55,583 bases of DNA from Bacteroidaceae bacterium (GTDB lineage Bacteria; Bacteroidota; Bacteroidia; Bacteroidales; Bacteroidaceae). The notes beneath the pieces were generated by a model. It worked only from the letters and a program-made list of their open reading frames with translations, was not told the DNA's origin and did no database searches. Position numbers and translations under genes: made by a program. The stretch spans positions 1-55,583 of the forward strand of contig JAZOPX010000029.1 of NCBI GenBank assembly GCA_045655845.1, given 5' to 3'. Positions 28,795-38,460 of the stretch are shown here, piece by piece; the stretch's first letter is position 1, and the number at the start of each line of letters is the position of its first letter.

Positions 28795-28840
28795 GAATCA
28801 GTGTCTACCGATTTCTCAGGATGTCGTTCATAAGACAATA

Positions 28841-28870
28841 AAAGGAGAGGGCCGTAGGACTCTCTCCTTT
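28841..28870. terminator. Bidirectional terminator hairpin between the U32 gene (+) and the ALDH gene (-)
   Basis: AAAGGAGAG (28841-28849) pairs with CTCTCCTTT (28862-28870) around a 12-nt loop. The flanks are T-rich on both strands. Confidence 0.6.
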
Positions 28871-28892
28871 GTTGTTTGGTTTTATGTTTCGT

Positions 28893-30281
28893 TTATACAA
28901 TCTTCTTGATTAAGCCAAACATCTTATAGGGCATATAGCGGAAGGGAAGGTCAATCCATGTGCCTGTGGTTATAATAGAACGGTGGTGTGAGAATACACG
29001 GAAGCTCTCTTCTCCATGATAGCTACCCATACCAGAGTTGCCAACACCGCCAAAGGGGATATGTTCGTTGGCAATGTGCATGATGGCATCGTTGATGCAG
29101 GCACCGCCCGATGAGGTGTGGCGGATGAGATTCCACCCCTTGCTTTCTTCGCCAAAGTAGTAGAAAGCCAGCGGCTTCTCGCGGCGAGTGATGTAGTCTG
29201 TCACCTCATCCATCTCCTTGAAGGTGAGAATGGGGAACACGGGGCCAAAGATCTCTTCTGTCAAGACTGCTTTGGTGTTGGTTATGCTATCTATGTCTTT
29301 GTCGTTGAGACTAATGTGCATGTCGAGTAGGGTAGGCTCTATGAAACGTTCTTTGGCATCTGTGCGGCCACCATAAAGGATGTCTCCCTCGGAAAGGTAT
29401 CCTTTCACGCGCTCAAAAGCACGATCGTTGACCATGCGCACATAATGTTTGTGAGTCTTTATGTCTTTTCCATGCAATTCCTTGATGGCATGGGCAAAGG
29501 CATTCACAAACTTCTCTTTTACTTCCTCATGAATGAGCAGATAATCGGGGGCAATGCAGGTCTGGCCAGAGTTGAGCGTTTTCCCCCAAGCAATGCGTTT
29601 GGAGACAGTCTTGATGTCCGCCGTACGGTCTACAATGCAAGGGCTCTTACCACCCAATTCAAGGATGACGGGGGTGAGGTGTTTCGAAGCAGCCTCCATC
29701 ACAGTTTTTCCCAATGATGGGCTACCTGTGAAGAAGATGAGGTCGAAGCGGTGGGCAAGGAGTTCCTTGTTTACTTCGCGGTTGCCTTGTATCACGGATA
29801 CATACTCGGGTGCAAAGGTATCAGTAATCATCTTTTCTATGACAATCGATACGGTGGGTACATAAGGCGAGGGTTTGAGTATGGCGGTACAACCAGCAGA
29901 GATGGCACCAACAAGAGGGTTGAGTATCAACTGGACGGGATAGTTCCACGGTGCCATGATGAGCGTGTTGCCCAATGGCTCACTTACGATAAAGCTCTTT
30001 GAAGGAAACATCTTTAGCGGTGTAGGGCGGCGCTTACGACGGCTCCACTTGCCAATGTGACGGAGGTGGTTGGTCACTTCTCCCTTGACAATGCTGAGCT
30101 CAGTGAGATAGGCCTCCTCGTACGATTTGTGCAGGTCGGTCCACAATGCCTCGGCAAGAGGTTTTTCCCACTTGATAAGAGCTGATTGTAACTTTTTCAA
30201 CATCTGACGACGGAAGTTGATGTCGAGCGTAGCACCGCTACGGAAATAGGCGCGTTGCGCTTGGATAATTTGTTCTATCAT
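28893..30281 (-). CDS. Aldehyde dehydrogenase (class 3 / fatty-aldehyde-type)
   Basis: The catalytic motifs ILELGGKSPCIV and NSGQTCIAPDYLL are present. At 462 aa it has ALDH3-like length. Confidence 0.9.
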   Translation of the reverse strand: MIEQIIQAQRAYFRSGATLDINFRRQMLKKLQSALIKWEKPLAEALWTDLHKSYEEAYLTELSIVKGEVTNHLRHIGKWSRRKRRPTPLKMFPSKSFIVSEPLGNTLIMAPWNYPVQLILNPLVGAISAGCTAILKPSPYVPTVSIVIEKMITDTFAPEYVSVIQGNREVNKELLAHRFDLIFFTGSPSLGKTVMEAASKHLTPVILELGGKSPCIVDRTADIKTVSKRIAWGKTLNSGQTCIAPDYLLIHEEVKEKFVNAFAHAIKELHGKDIKTHKHYVRMVNDRAFERVKGYLSEGDILYGGRTDAKERFIEPTLLDMHISLNDKDIDSITNTKAVLTEEIFGPVFPILTFKEMDEVTDYITRREKPLAFYYFGEESKGWNLIRHTSSGGACINDAIMHIANEHIPFGGVGNSGMGSYHGEESFRVFSHHRSIITTGTWIDLPFRYMPYKMFGLIKKIV

Positions 30282-30295
30282 AAATAAGAGAGGTC

Positions 30296-31102
30296 TTACT
30301 TTCTGCCTGTAAAGTTATCCATTGTGTGGTAAATACCAAAGAGTTTTCCGAATAAAAAGTCGAAAATAGGTATAGGGAGTACAAACTGCCAAAAACGGAT
30401 GAAGTGCAATCCGAAGGGTATGCCACGGAACATGAGGTTCTTCTCGATGGCGCGGATAATTTTCTTGGAAGTATTCTCAGGATTGAGGATTGGGATAATG
30501 GGGGACTTTACGCCATCAAACATGCCCGTATTAATGTAATAAGGTGTGATGGTGGTAATTCGTACGGCACTCTTTTGTTCTTGTAGCTCGATGCGTACCG
30601 AGTCGGACCATCCGATAGCAGCCCATTTACTAGCACCATATACGGCCATACGTGGGTTGCCTAGCATACCACCAGCTGAGGTGATATTACAGATGTGCCC
30701 AGCATTGCGACGTAGCATATCGGGTAACATCACACGGGCTACATACATAGGTGCCAATGCATTGATGCGCATCGTACGGTCTATTTCCTCGATGCCCACC
30801 TGATCAAAGGTGCGATTGCCTGTAATGATGCCTGCATTGTTGATGAGTATGTCTATGTCGCCACACTCCTTCACTGTAGTGGCGTATGCTTTGCTGACCA
30901 TCTCCATATCGCCCACATCGACACGATATCCCTTTACCTTGCCTTTTTCTGAAAATTCCTTTATGGTTGTCGCTATATTCTGTTCATTGATGTCCCAAAT
31001 AATAAGGGTCTTGGCACCCTTTTCCAACGCGATGCGTCCCATAATTTTGCCTATGCCCGAAGCTCCTCCAGTGATAAGCACATTGCGATTGTTAAACTTC
31101 AT
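30296..31102 (-). CDS. SDR-family oxidoreductase with a hydrophobic C-terminal tail
   Basis: TGGASGIGK and YGASK motifs are present. The C-terminal segment FIRFWQFVLPIPIFDFLFGKLFGIY looks membrane-associating. Confidence 0.9.
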   Translation of the reverse strand: MKFNNRNVLITGGASGIGKIMGRIALEKGAKTLIIWDINEQNIATTIKEFSEKGKVKGYRVDVGDMEMVSKAYATTVKECGDIDILINNAGIITGNRTFDQVGIEEIDRTMRINALAPMYVARVMLPDMLRRNAGHICNITSAGGMLGNPRMAVYGASKWAAIGWSDSVRIELQEQKSAVRITTITPYYINTGMFDGVKSPIIPILNPENTSKKIIRAIEKNLMFRGIPFGLHFIRFWQFVLPIPIFDFLFGKLFGIYHTMDNFTGRK

Positions 31103-31125
31103 ATTTTCTCTTTAAAATTATCTTG

Positions 31126-31133
31126 CAAAGATA
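31126..31133 (-). promoter_or_regulatory. -7 box (TATCTTTG) for the SDR-ALDH operon
   Basis: Plus-strand caaagata lies 24 nt upstream of the ATG at 31102. Confidence 0.45.
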
Positions 31134-31323
31134 TGACAAAAACACTATCGGAAAATTTTCACTAATCCCAAACCCGAATCATTCACCCCACGGAGTGGTG
31201 CTTTACCACAATTACCTTAAGGCCCTTGTTGAGGTTAGGCTGAGCGAGTGCCTTTTTTCTGAAATAAATTTAAAATAGATTGCTTAATTATTGAAATTTC
31301 AATGCCAATTGTTGATTTATTAT

Positions 31324-31331
31324 TACCTTTG
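31324..31331 (+). promoter_or_regulatory. -7 box (TACCTTTG) for batC
   Basis: It lies 22 nt upstream of the ATG at 31353. Confidence 0.45.
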
Positions 31332-31352
31332 CGTGCAAAATTGTAAATAATA

Positions 31353-32141
31353 ATGGTGAAGAAGATATTTTTGTTCGCTCTGTTTCTCTGCTTAGGGTTT
31401 TCGGTGAAAGCTCAGACCATGACCGAGAGTGATCATGTACGTAGGGGCAACAGACACTATGCTGATAGTTTGTTCGAGAAGGCTGAGATTGAATACAGGA
31501 AAGCGCTGGAACTAAACCCTCAGTCTGTCGATGCGATGTATAACCTTGGTAATGCTCTATTCTCACAGATTCCTATGAATCAGGGGAATGCCGGTGAGAA
31601 AGGCCAAGAGGCAATGCAGCAGTATACTACCGCGGCAAAGTTGGAGACAGATAAGGGAAAATTGGCCAAGATATATCACAATGTGGGTACGTTGAACTAT
31701 ATGTCACAGCAATATGCTCAAAGTGTGGAGGCCTATAAAGAGTCATTGCGAAACAACCCTACAGATCATGAGACTCGCTATAACCTGGCTAAGGCGATGC
31801 ATATGCTTGAACAGCAGCAAAACCAACAGCAAAACGAGCAAAACCAGGAACAGCAGAATCAGGAACAGCAGCAACAGCAGAATCAAGAGCAGCAGCAAGA
31901 TCAACAACAAGAACAGCAACAACAGAATCAGCAGCAAAACGAGCAACAGAATCAAGAGCAGCAACAGCAAGAAGATCAACAAAAAGAGAATCCTCAGCAA
32001 TCCCAACAAGAGAAGGAGCAGATATCCAAGGAGAATGCTGAGCAGATGCTCAATGCAGTGATGCAGGATGAAAAAGAGATTCAGGAGAAGGCCAAAAGGG
32101 TTCAACAACAGAATGGCAAGATCTTAGATAAGGATTGGTAA
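31353..32141 (+). CDS. batC: TPR protein BatC (aerotolerance operon) with a Q/N/E-rich tail
   Basis: It has a signal or TM N-terminus, TPR repeats (YRKALELNPQSVDAMYNLGNA), then a low-complexity Q/N/E tract. It is followed directly by batD and batE. Confidence 0.8.
   Translation: MVKKIFLFALFLCLGFSVKAQTMTESDHVRRGNRHYADSLFEKAEIEYRKALELNPQSVDAMYNLGNALFSQIPMNQGNAGEKGQEAMQQYTTAAKLETDKGKLAKIYHNVGTLNYMSQQYAQSVEAYKESLRNNPTDHETRYNLAKAMHMLEQQQNQQQNEQNQEQQNQEQQQQQNQEQQQDQQQEQQQQNQQQNEQQNQEQQQQEDQQKENPQQSQQEKEQISKENAEQMLNAVMQDEKEIQEKAKRVQQQNGKILDKDW
31810..32020 (+). repeat. Low-complexity CAG/CAA/AAC/GAG repeat tract encoding (Q/N/E)n inside batC
   Basis: The DNA reads cagcagcaaaaccaacagcaaaacgagcaaaaccaggaacagcagaatcag... 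and encodes about 70 residues that are almost exclusively Q, N, E and D. Confidence 0.85.
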
Positions 32142-32157
32142 AAAGTATTCTTAAGAC

Positions 32158-33999
32158 ATGAAGCAGAAACTATTTCTCATGATAGCCCTTTTTATGGGCA
32201 CTCTGGCATTTGTTCCAGTACATGCCGAGGAGGTGACGTTTACAGCCGATGCCCCCAGCGCAGTAGTCATGGGCGAGCGATTTAGGTTGTCATACACCAT
32301 CACTACGAACAAGACACGCGATTTTCGTATTGGCGATATCGTAGAGTTTGACATCCTCTCGGGACCCAACTTGTCGAGTTCGTCGAGTATCTCCATTATC
32401 AATGGAGTGCGTACTTCGGTAAAGAAGCAAACCTACACCTATATTCTTCGTCCCATGCAAGAGGGTACGTTCACGATTCCTGCAGCTACTATTGTGGCCG
32501 ATGGTAATCAGGTGAAATCCAATGAACTCACCATAAAGGTGCTTCCCCCTGATCAATCCTCGTCGTCGGCACAACAATCCAGTTCGCAACAGGGTAGGGC
32601 GGTTATCTCTTCATCGACGGGCGAAATTAGGAACGACGACCTCTTTATCGTAGCGACGGTAAACAAGAAGAAGGTCTATGAGCAGGAGGCCATATTGCTC
32701 ACCTATAAGATATATACTACGGTGAACCTTACCAACGTGTCAGGCAAGATGCCAGATCTCAAAGGGTTTCATACTCAAGAAGTGGAGATGCCCAAGGGAA
32801 ACCGCGAGTTTGAACTTGAACACTACAACGGACGCAACTATCGCACCATTGTATGGAGTCAATATGTGTTGTTCCCTCAGCAGAGCGGTCAGCTTGAGAT
32901 ACCCTCAATCACCTTTGAAGGTACCATTGCCCAACTTGTGCAGAACTATGACCCCTTTGAGGCTTTCTTCAATGGGGGAAGCAACTATGTGAATGTACAG
33001 AAGTCTATTACCACTCCCAAACTGACCATTGATGTCAGCCCATTGCCTTCGGGCAAGCCTGTCTCGTTCTACGGTGGAGTGGGCGACTTCAATATTTCGT
33101 CATCCATCAGTACTACTGAGTTGAAGGAGAATGAAGCCGTAACACTCAAGCTCATCATCTCGGGAACGGGAAATATGAAGCTCATCAAGACACCCGAGGT
33201 GAAGTTCCCCGCCGATTTCGAAATCTACGACCCCAAGGTGGATAATAAGTTTGCTCTCAAGAGCAGTGGCCTTTCTGGTAGCAAGGTTATCGAGTATCTT
33301 GCCATACCTCGTCACGGAGGAGATTATACGATTCCTGCTGTAGAGTTCTCTTATTTTGATGTCAAGACAGGTGCTTACAAAACGCTCACCACTCCCGAGT
33401 ATACTCTTCATGTAGATAAAGGTAGTGGCACGTCGACTTCTACTTCTGCGGGTTATGTGAGTAAGGAGGAGCTTCGTCTCTTGGGACAGGATATCCGCTT
33501 CATCCATCTTGGCGAGTGTCAATTCATGGCTAAGGGGACACACCTCTATGGCACTATGGGCTATTGGCTTTGGTATATTGTTCCTTTCATGGCCTTCATC
33601 GTCATTATTGTGGTGTATCGTAAGCAGGTTGTAGAGAATGCAAACATCGCTAAGGCAAGAACCAAGAAGGCTGGCAAGGTCGCTACACGTCGTCTTAAGG
33701 TTGCCAAGCAGAAGATGCATGCAAGTGACAAGGCCGGCTTCTATGACGAGGTACTGAAAGCATTGTGGGGTTATCTTGGAGACAAGCTCAGTATGCCCGT
33801 ATCAGAATTGTCGAAAGACAATATCGCGGCGAAGCTTACCGAACGTCAGGTTTCAGAGGTACTCGTAGCCGAGTGCCTGGCATTGGTAGGTGAGTGTGAG
33901 TTTGCCCGTTATGCACCCTCTCTATCTCACGTGTCAGAGGAGGATATCTATAGCCGCACGGCCGAATTGATGAACAAATTGGAGAACGCAATCAAATAA
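32158..33999 (+). CDS. batD: BatD protein
   Basis: The protein is 613 aa. It has a signal peptide, the N-terminal VTFTADAPSAVVMGERFRLSYT, a late TM (YWLWYIVPFMAFIVIIVVY) and a cytoplasmic tail, which is the BatD layout. Confidence 0.85.
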   Translation: MKQKLFLMIALFMGTLAFVPVHAEEVTFTADAPSAVVMGERFRLSYTITTNKTRDFRIGDIVEFDILSGPNLSSSSSISIINGVRTSVKKQTYTYILRPMQEGTFTIPAATIVADGNQVKSNELTIKVLPPDQSSSSAQQSSSQQGRAVISSSTGEIRNDDLFIVATVNKKKVYEQEAILLTYKIYTTVNLTNVSGKMPDLKGFHTQEVEMPKGNREFELEHYNGRNYRTIVWSQYVLFPQQSGQLEIPSITFEGTIAQLVQNYDPFEAFFNGGSNYVNVQKSITTPKLTIDVSPLPSGKPVSFYGGVGDFNISSSISTTELKENEAVTLKLIISGTGNMKLIKTPEVKFPADFEIYDPKVDNKFALKSSGLSGSKVIEYLAIPRHGGDYTIPAVEFSYFDVKTGAYKTLTTPEYTLHVDKGSGTSTSTSAGYVSKEELRLLGQDIRFIHLGECQFMAKGTHLYGTMGYWLWYIVPFMAFIVIIVVYRKQVVENANIAKARTKKAGKVATRRLKVAKQKMHASDKAGFYDEVLKALWGYLGDKLSMPVSELSKDNIAAKLTERQVSEVLVAECLALVGECEFARYAPSLSHVSEEDIYSRTAELMNKLENAIK

Positions 34000-34004
34000 A
34001 GACT

Positions 34005-34805
34005 ATGCTGAGCAATATGAAACGTTACCTTCTTATATATACATTAGGTATAACCCTATGCGCATTGGGTACTTTCCATATGCATGCCACCACCTTTACC
34101 GATGCCACAGTAGCGTATACCAAGGCAATGGCTGATAGTGCCTATGTCGAGTCCGACTATGCTACTGCCATTCACATCTACGAGCAGCTCATCGCGACAC
34201 ATGGTGAGTCATCGGAAGTCTATTATAACCTCGGTGGTGCCTATTACAAAATAGACGACATCGCCCACTCTATTCTCAACTACGAGCGGGCTCTGCTGTT
34301 GGATCCCTCCAATGACGACATAAAGTTCAACTTGGAGCTGGCACGCAGCAAGGCGGTAGATAAGAATGCGCTTGTGACCGAACTCTTCTATATGCGTTGG
34401 TTCCGTGATTTTTCTTCCATGATGAGTGCCGACAGCTGGTCCAGGGTCGCTATTTTATGTTTTATAATATTAATTTCAAGTTTGGCCCTATTTATTTTTA
34501 GCAAAAAGCGTAAAACTAAAAAAATTATCTTTACATTTGCATTACTCTCGTTGTTGTGTTGCGTTTGTGCCAACGTGATAGCATCGGGCCAGACGGCCAA
34601 GCTCAAGCATCGCGAGAATGCCATCATCATGGAGCCGAGTGTCACCGTACGCAGTACACCCAGTGTCAATGGTACTGAGCTCTTTGTCCTGCATGAGGGT
34701 AAAAAGGTAAAAATAAAAGACGATAGTATGAAAGCATGGAAGGAGATAGAGATAGAGGATGGCAACATCGGCTGGCTTCCCGCTGAGTCTATCGAGAGAA
34801 TTTGA
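34005..34805 (+). CDS. batE: BatE (TPR, TM and SH3b)
   Basis: It has TPR repeats (YYNLGGAYYKIDD...YERALLLDPSN), a TM, and a C-terminal SH3-like VTVRSTPSVNGTELFVLHEGKKVKI...WKEIEIEDGNIGWLP. Confidence 0.8.
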   Translation: MLSNMKRYLLIYTLGITLCALGTFHMHATTFTDATVAYTKAMADSAYVESDYATAIHIYEQLIATHGESSEVYYNLGGAYYKIDDIAHSILNYERALLLDPSNDDIKFNLELARSKAVDKNALVTELFYMRWFRDFSSMMSADSWSRVAILCFIILISSLALFIFSKKRKTKKIIFTFALLSLLCCVCANVIASGQTAKLKHRENAIIMEPSVTVRSTPSVNGTELFVLHEGKKVKIKDDSMKAWKEIEIEDGNIGWLPAESIERI

Positions 34806-34823
34806 TAAAGTGGAGTAGAAACG

Positions 34824-35531
34824 ATGGATTTGCAGCGGTTAGTCGACATAGACAAGCAAGTGATGCTTACCTTGAATGGTAGCGACTCGCTCTATATGGA
34901 TGGTGTGATGAAGGTTTACACCTCGACTATGGTTTGGATTCCCGTAGCCTTGGTGTTGCTCTTCGTCATCTTGAAGAACAATACCCCTCGCATCTCCATA
35001 CTGGCTGTTCTTGCTGTAGTTCTCACCATCGTGGCTTGTGATCAGGTATCATCGCACCTTATCAAACCTCTTGTGGGTCGCTTACGTCCCTGCAATGACC
35101 CTACCATCATGCACCTCATCGATACTGTCAATGGCTATCGCAGTAGTGGGTATAGCTTTGTATCAAGCCATGCGTGCAACTCTTTCGGTATCTTTACTCT
35201 CGTATCGCTGATGATAAGAAATCGCACACTTAGCTTGTCGCTCCTCTTGTGGGCTGCCATCAATGCCTTTTCTCGCATATACCTTGGGGTTCACTATCCG
35301 GGCGATATCCTTTGTGGCGCTTTGCTGGGTATTGTTATCGGTGCGGTGGTATACCTCATCTTTAATTTCATACGTCATAAGGTGGAGTACTCGTCGGTGC
35401 GCATTACCGCCAACTATACTCCCTCAGGATATCTGGTCGATGATGTACGGATGGTAACGGCGGCTATATACGCCACATTTGTCTTTATCAGCATCTATGC
35501 ATTGATATATATCAGTAACAATATACTTTAA
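34824..35531 (+). CDS. PAP2-family lipid phosphatase
   Basis: The PAP2 motifs KPLVGRLRP, SFVSSH and SRIYLGVHYPGD are present. The protein is polytopic. Confidence 0.9.
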   Translation: MDLQRLVDIDKQVMLTLNGSDSLYMDGVMKVYTSTMVWIPVALVLLFVILKNNTPRISILAVLAVVLTIVACDQVSSHLIKPLVGRLRPCNDPTIMHLIDTVNGYRSSGYSFVSSHACNSFGIFTLVSLMIRNRTLSLSLLLWAAINAFSRIYLGVHYPGDILCGALLGIVIGAVVYLIFNFIRHKVEYSSVRITANYTPSGYLVDDVRMVTAAIYATFVFISIYALIYISNNIL

Positions 35532-35570
35532 CAATAAACACTTATTAGTAATAATAAAAAATTTACGACT

Positions 35571-35855
35571 ATGAGCAAGTTAATGACATTCAACGAATTG
35601 CGCAATCTCAAAGATTCATTGCCCGATGGTAGCATGCACCGTATCGCTGACGAACTCGGTGTAAGCGTAGAAACTGTAAGAAACTTCTTCGGTGGCCAGA
35701 ACTTCCAGTCTGGTCAGAGCGTGGGCATCCACCTCGAGCCGGGTCCTGACGGTGGTCTCGTACGCATCGACGACACTACAGTGCTCGACAAGGCGCTTGC
35801 TATCCTCGAGGAGGTGAAGGCTGCCGAGGCTCCCGCTGAAGAGGCTGCAGAATAA
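35571..35855 (+). CDS. 94-aa hypothetical protein with a putative helix-turn-helix and an acidic Ala/Glu tail
   Basis: The segment MHRIADELGVSVETVRNFF is HTH-like. The C-terminus reads EEVKAAEAPAEEAAE. A hairpin follows the gene. Confidence 0.6.
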   Translation: MSKLMTFNELRNLKDSLPDGSMHRIADELGVSVETVRNFFGGQNFQSGQSVGIHLEPGPDGGLVRIDDTTVLDKALAILEEVKAAEAPAEEAAE

Positions 35856-35886
35856 GCATTTTTGTTTTCATTTTTCATTTGTTTTG

Positions 35887-35929
35887 AGAGTCCGTAACTG
35901 CAATTCTGCGGGATTGTGTGACGGACTCT
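35887..35929 (+). terminator. Hairpin after the small HTH gene
   Basis: AGAGTCCGT (35887-35895) pairs with ACGGACTCT (35921-35929). The loop has internal CAAT/ATTG pairing. It is followed by TCTTCTTG. Confidence 0.4.
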
Positions 35930-35960
35930 TCTTGTAGTAAAAGAATAAGGTTCTTATCCT

Positions 35961-38435
35961 ATGAAAATCACGATAACACTACATTACAATACTCAATGGG
36001 GTGAAAATATTCATATAGCTTTTAGCACTATAAATGATGTATATAGTGTTCCTACTTATCTTATGCAGACGGATGGTAAGGGACATTGGTTCGTCACTAT
36101 AGATGAAGATTTCAGACCCTCATCACCCTATACCTTTGTGGTGATGGAGAATAATACGATCAAGCGCACCGAGTGGCATCATCACACGCTACCCGATACG
36201 TTGCATGGGCATGTCTGCATCAGTGACCGCTGGTGTGATCGTTCAGCGCTTGCTCCCTTCTATTCTTCGGCATTCACCAAGGCCATCTTTGCTCATGACC
36301 AGCATTACAAAGCTAAAGGAGACGCAGGTGTGTGTATCTGTTGCGAAGCACCCACATTGCGCAAGAATCAGGTGCTTGCACTTTGCGGAGATAAGGAGTC
36401 TTTAGGCTCGTGGAATCCTGATGGTGCTCGCCTCATGGAACCTCATGGTGTCGAGTGGCAGTTGTGGCTCAGCAAAGAAGAGCTTGGCGAACAGGCTGAG
36501 TTCAAGTTTGTCATCTTGGAAAAGACAACAGACAACTCTCCGCTTTCCATCTCCAACTGTCAACTTTATGCTTGGGAGCCCGGCGAAAACCGTACGCTCC
36601 ACCTTGATCCTTACAGTGATGTCACCTTGCGGGTGTTGCGCACCTATGCCCTTCGCGACCCACAAGAGCATTGGCGTGGAGCCGGTGTTGCCATTCCTGT
36701 CTTCTCCTTGCGTTCTGAGAAGAGCTTCGGTATAGGTGAATTCTCGGATATTCCTCTTATGGTGGACTGGGCGGCCAAGACAGGGCAATGTTTCTTGCAG
36801 TTGCTTCCCGTGAATGACACTACGATGAACCGCAACTGGCACGAGTCGTATCCCTACAATGCTATTTCCTGCTTCGCGCTCAACCCAGCCTATATCCGCC
36901 TCGAAGAGGTGGGCGTGCTATCTGACAAAGAGGCCATGGAGCAGTTCCGCAAGCAGCAACAGGAGCTCAATAAACTCCCTCAGGTAGACTATGATGCTGT
37001 TATTGCGGCCAAGTGGGACTATCTGCATCGTATCTTTGCGCAGGAGGGTGAACGTACACTTGCTTCCGCTTCCTTCAAGCGCTTCTATGCCGACAACGAG
37101 TCGTGGCTGCGTCCCTATGCGGCATTCTGTTATCTGCGCGACAAGTATGGCACGCCCGACTACACCCAGTGGGGCGATGATAGCGTCTACAATGCCGATC
37201 ACGATGAAGCCGTTGGTCCTATATACCTATATATACAGTATCATCTGCATCAGCAGCTCAAGCACGCGGCCGACTATGCCCATAGTCATGGCGTGGTGCT
37301 CAAGGGCGATATCCCCATCGGTATCAGCCGTACCAGTGTGGAGGCTTGGTGTCATCCCGGTCTCTTCTGCTTGGAGAGTCAGGCCGGTGCACCGCCCGAT
37401 GCTTTTGCCCGCGACGGACAGAACTGGGGCTTCCCGACCTATAACTGGCGTGCCATGGCCGCAGAGCGCTATCATTGGTTTGCCCAGCGCTTTACCAAGA
37501 TGGCCGACTACTTCGATGCTTATCGTATCGACCATCTGTTAGGGTTCTTCCGTATCTGGGAGATACCGGGATACACCAAGAGTGGACTCCTCGGGCATTT
37601 CAACCCTGCGATGCCGCTTACTGTGGAGGAGATAGCTGCAGCAGGCATTGCTTTCTACAAGGAGCGCCATGCCATGCCCTTCACACCGAACGATGAGACC
37701 GACGTGCTCTTCGTCGAGGACCCCTATCAGCCAGGCTGTTATCATCCCCGCATCAATGGCTTCGATACCGAGTCCTTCAAGGCGCTTCCTGAGAATGAAC
37801 GCAAGGCCTTCTATGCATTGCACGACAACTTCTACTACCATCGTCACAATGACTTCTGGTATAGTGAAGCGATGAAGAAGCTGCCAGCGTTGGTCGATAG
37901 CACTGAGATGCTCGTCTGCGGTGAGGACTTGGGAATGATACCGGCTTGTGTACCTGCTGTAATGGACGAGCTGCGCATCCTCTCCTTGGAGATACAGCGT
38001 ATGCCCAAGGGCTATGGTTGCAGCGTGGACAATCCGGCCAACTATCCTTACTACTCGGTATGCACCACCTCTACACATGACATGAGTGTACTGCGTGGTT
38101 GGTGGACCGAGGATCCTTCGCTCACACAGTTCTACTGGAGCGAACTGTTGCATCAACGGGGTAAGGCACCTGTCGACTGCGAGGCGTGGGTATGTGAGAG
38201 TATCGTGCGTCAGCATCTCGACTCACCTGCTATGCTCACCATCCTTCCCCTTCAGGACTGGATGTCTATTGACGAGCATCTGCGCTATGCCGACTGCCAT
38301 GCCGAGCGCATCAATGTGCCTGCCAATCCGCTCCACTATTGGCGCTACCGCATGCACATCACGCTCGAAGAGCTGCTCAAGGCCGACGACTTCAACCGTC
38401 AGGTGAGCCGTCTCGTGAAACAGAGTGGACGATAA
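35961..38435 (+). CDS. malQ: 4-alpha-glucanotransferase (GH77) with N-terminal starch-binding-like repeats
   Basis: The GH77 regions FLQLLPVNDT, YRIDHLLGFFRIWEIP and CGEDLGMIP are present. The roughly 250-aa N-terminal extension with CBM20-like repeats is typical of Bacteroidota MalQ. Confidence 0.9.
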   Translation: MKITITLHYNTQWGENIHIAFSTINDVYSVPTYLMQTDGKGHWFVTIDEDFRPSSPYTFVVMENNTIKRTEWHHHTLPDTLHGHVCISDRWCDRSALAPFYSSAFTKAIFAHDQHYKAKGDAGVCICCEAPTLRKNQVLALCGDKESLGSWNPDGARLMEPHGVEWQLWLSKEELGEQAEFKFVILEKTTDNSPLSISNCQLYAWEPGENRTLHLDPYSDVTLRVLRTYALRDPQEHWRGAGVAIPVFSLRSEKSFGIGEFSDIPLMVDWAAKTGQCFLQLLPVNDTTMNRNWHESYPYNAISCFALNPAYIRLEEVGVLSDKEAMEQFRKQQQELNKLPQVDYDAVIAAKWDYLHRIFAQEGERTLASASFKRFYADNESWLRPYAAFCYLRDKYGTPDYTQWGDDSVYNADHDEAVGPIYLYIQYHLHQQLKHAADYAHSHGVVLKGDIPIGISRTSVEAWCHPGLFCLESQAGAPPDAFARDGQNWGFPTYNWRAMAAERYHWFAQRFTKMADYFDAYRIDHLLGFFRIWEIPGYTKSGLLGHFNPAMPLTVEEIAAAGIAFYKERHAMPFTPNDETDVLFVEDPYQPGCYHPRINGFDTESFKALPENERKAFYALHDNFYYHRHNDFWYSEAMKKLPALVDSTEMLVCGEDLGMIPACVPAVMDELRILSLEIQRMPKGYGCSVDNPANYPYYSVCTTSTHDMSVLRGWWTEDPSLTQFYWSELLHQRGKAPVDCEAWVCESIVRQHLDSPAMLTILPLQDWMSIDEHLRYADCHAERINVPANPLHYWRYRMHITLEELLKADDFNRQVSRLVKQSGR

Positions 38436-38460
38436 GAGTTTGATACCACTTTAGAACCAG

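Noticed and set aside
31714-32108. Two overlapping ORFs (115 aa on the plus strand, 121 aa on the minus strand) inside batC.
   Set aside because: They are alternative-frame readings of the CAG/CAA/AAC repeat tract, giving poly-S/K/N/R and poly-L. They are artefacts of the repeat.
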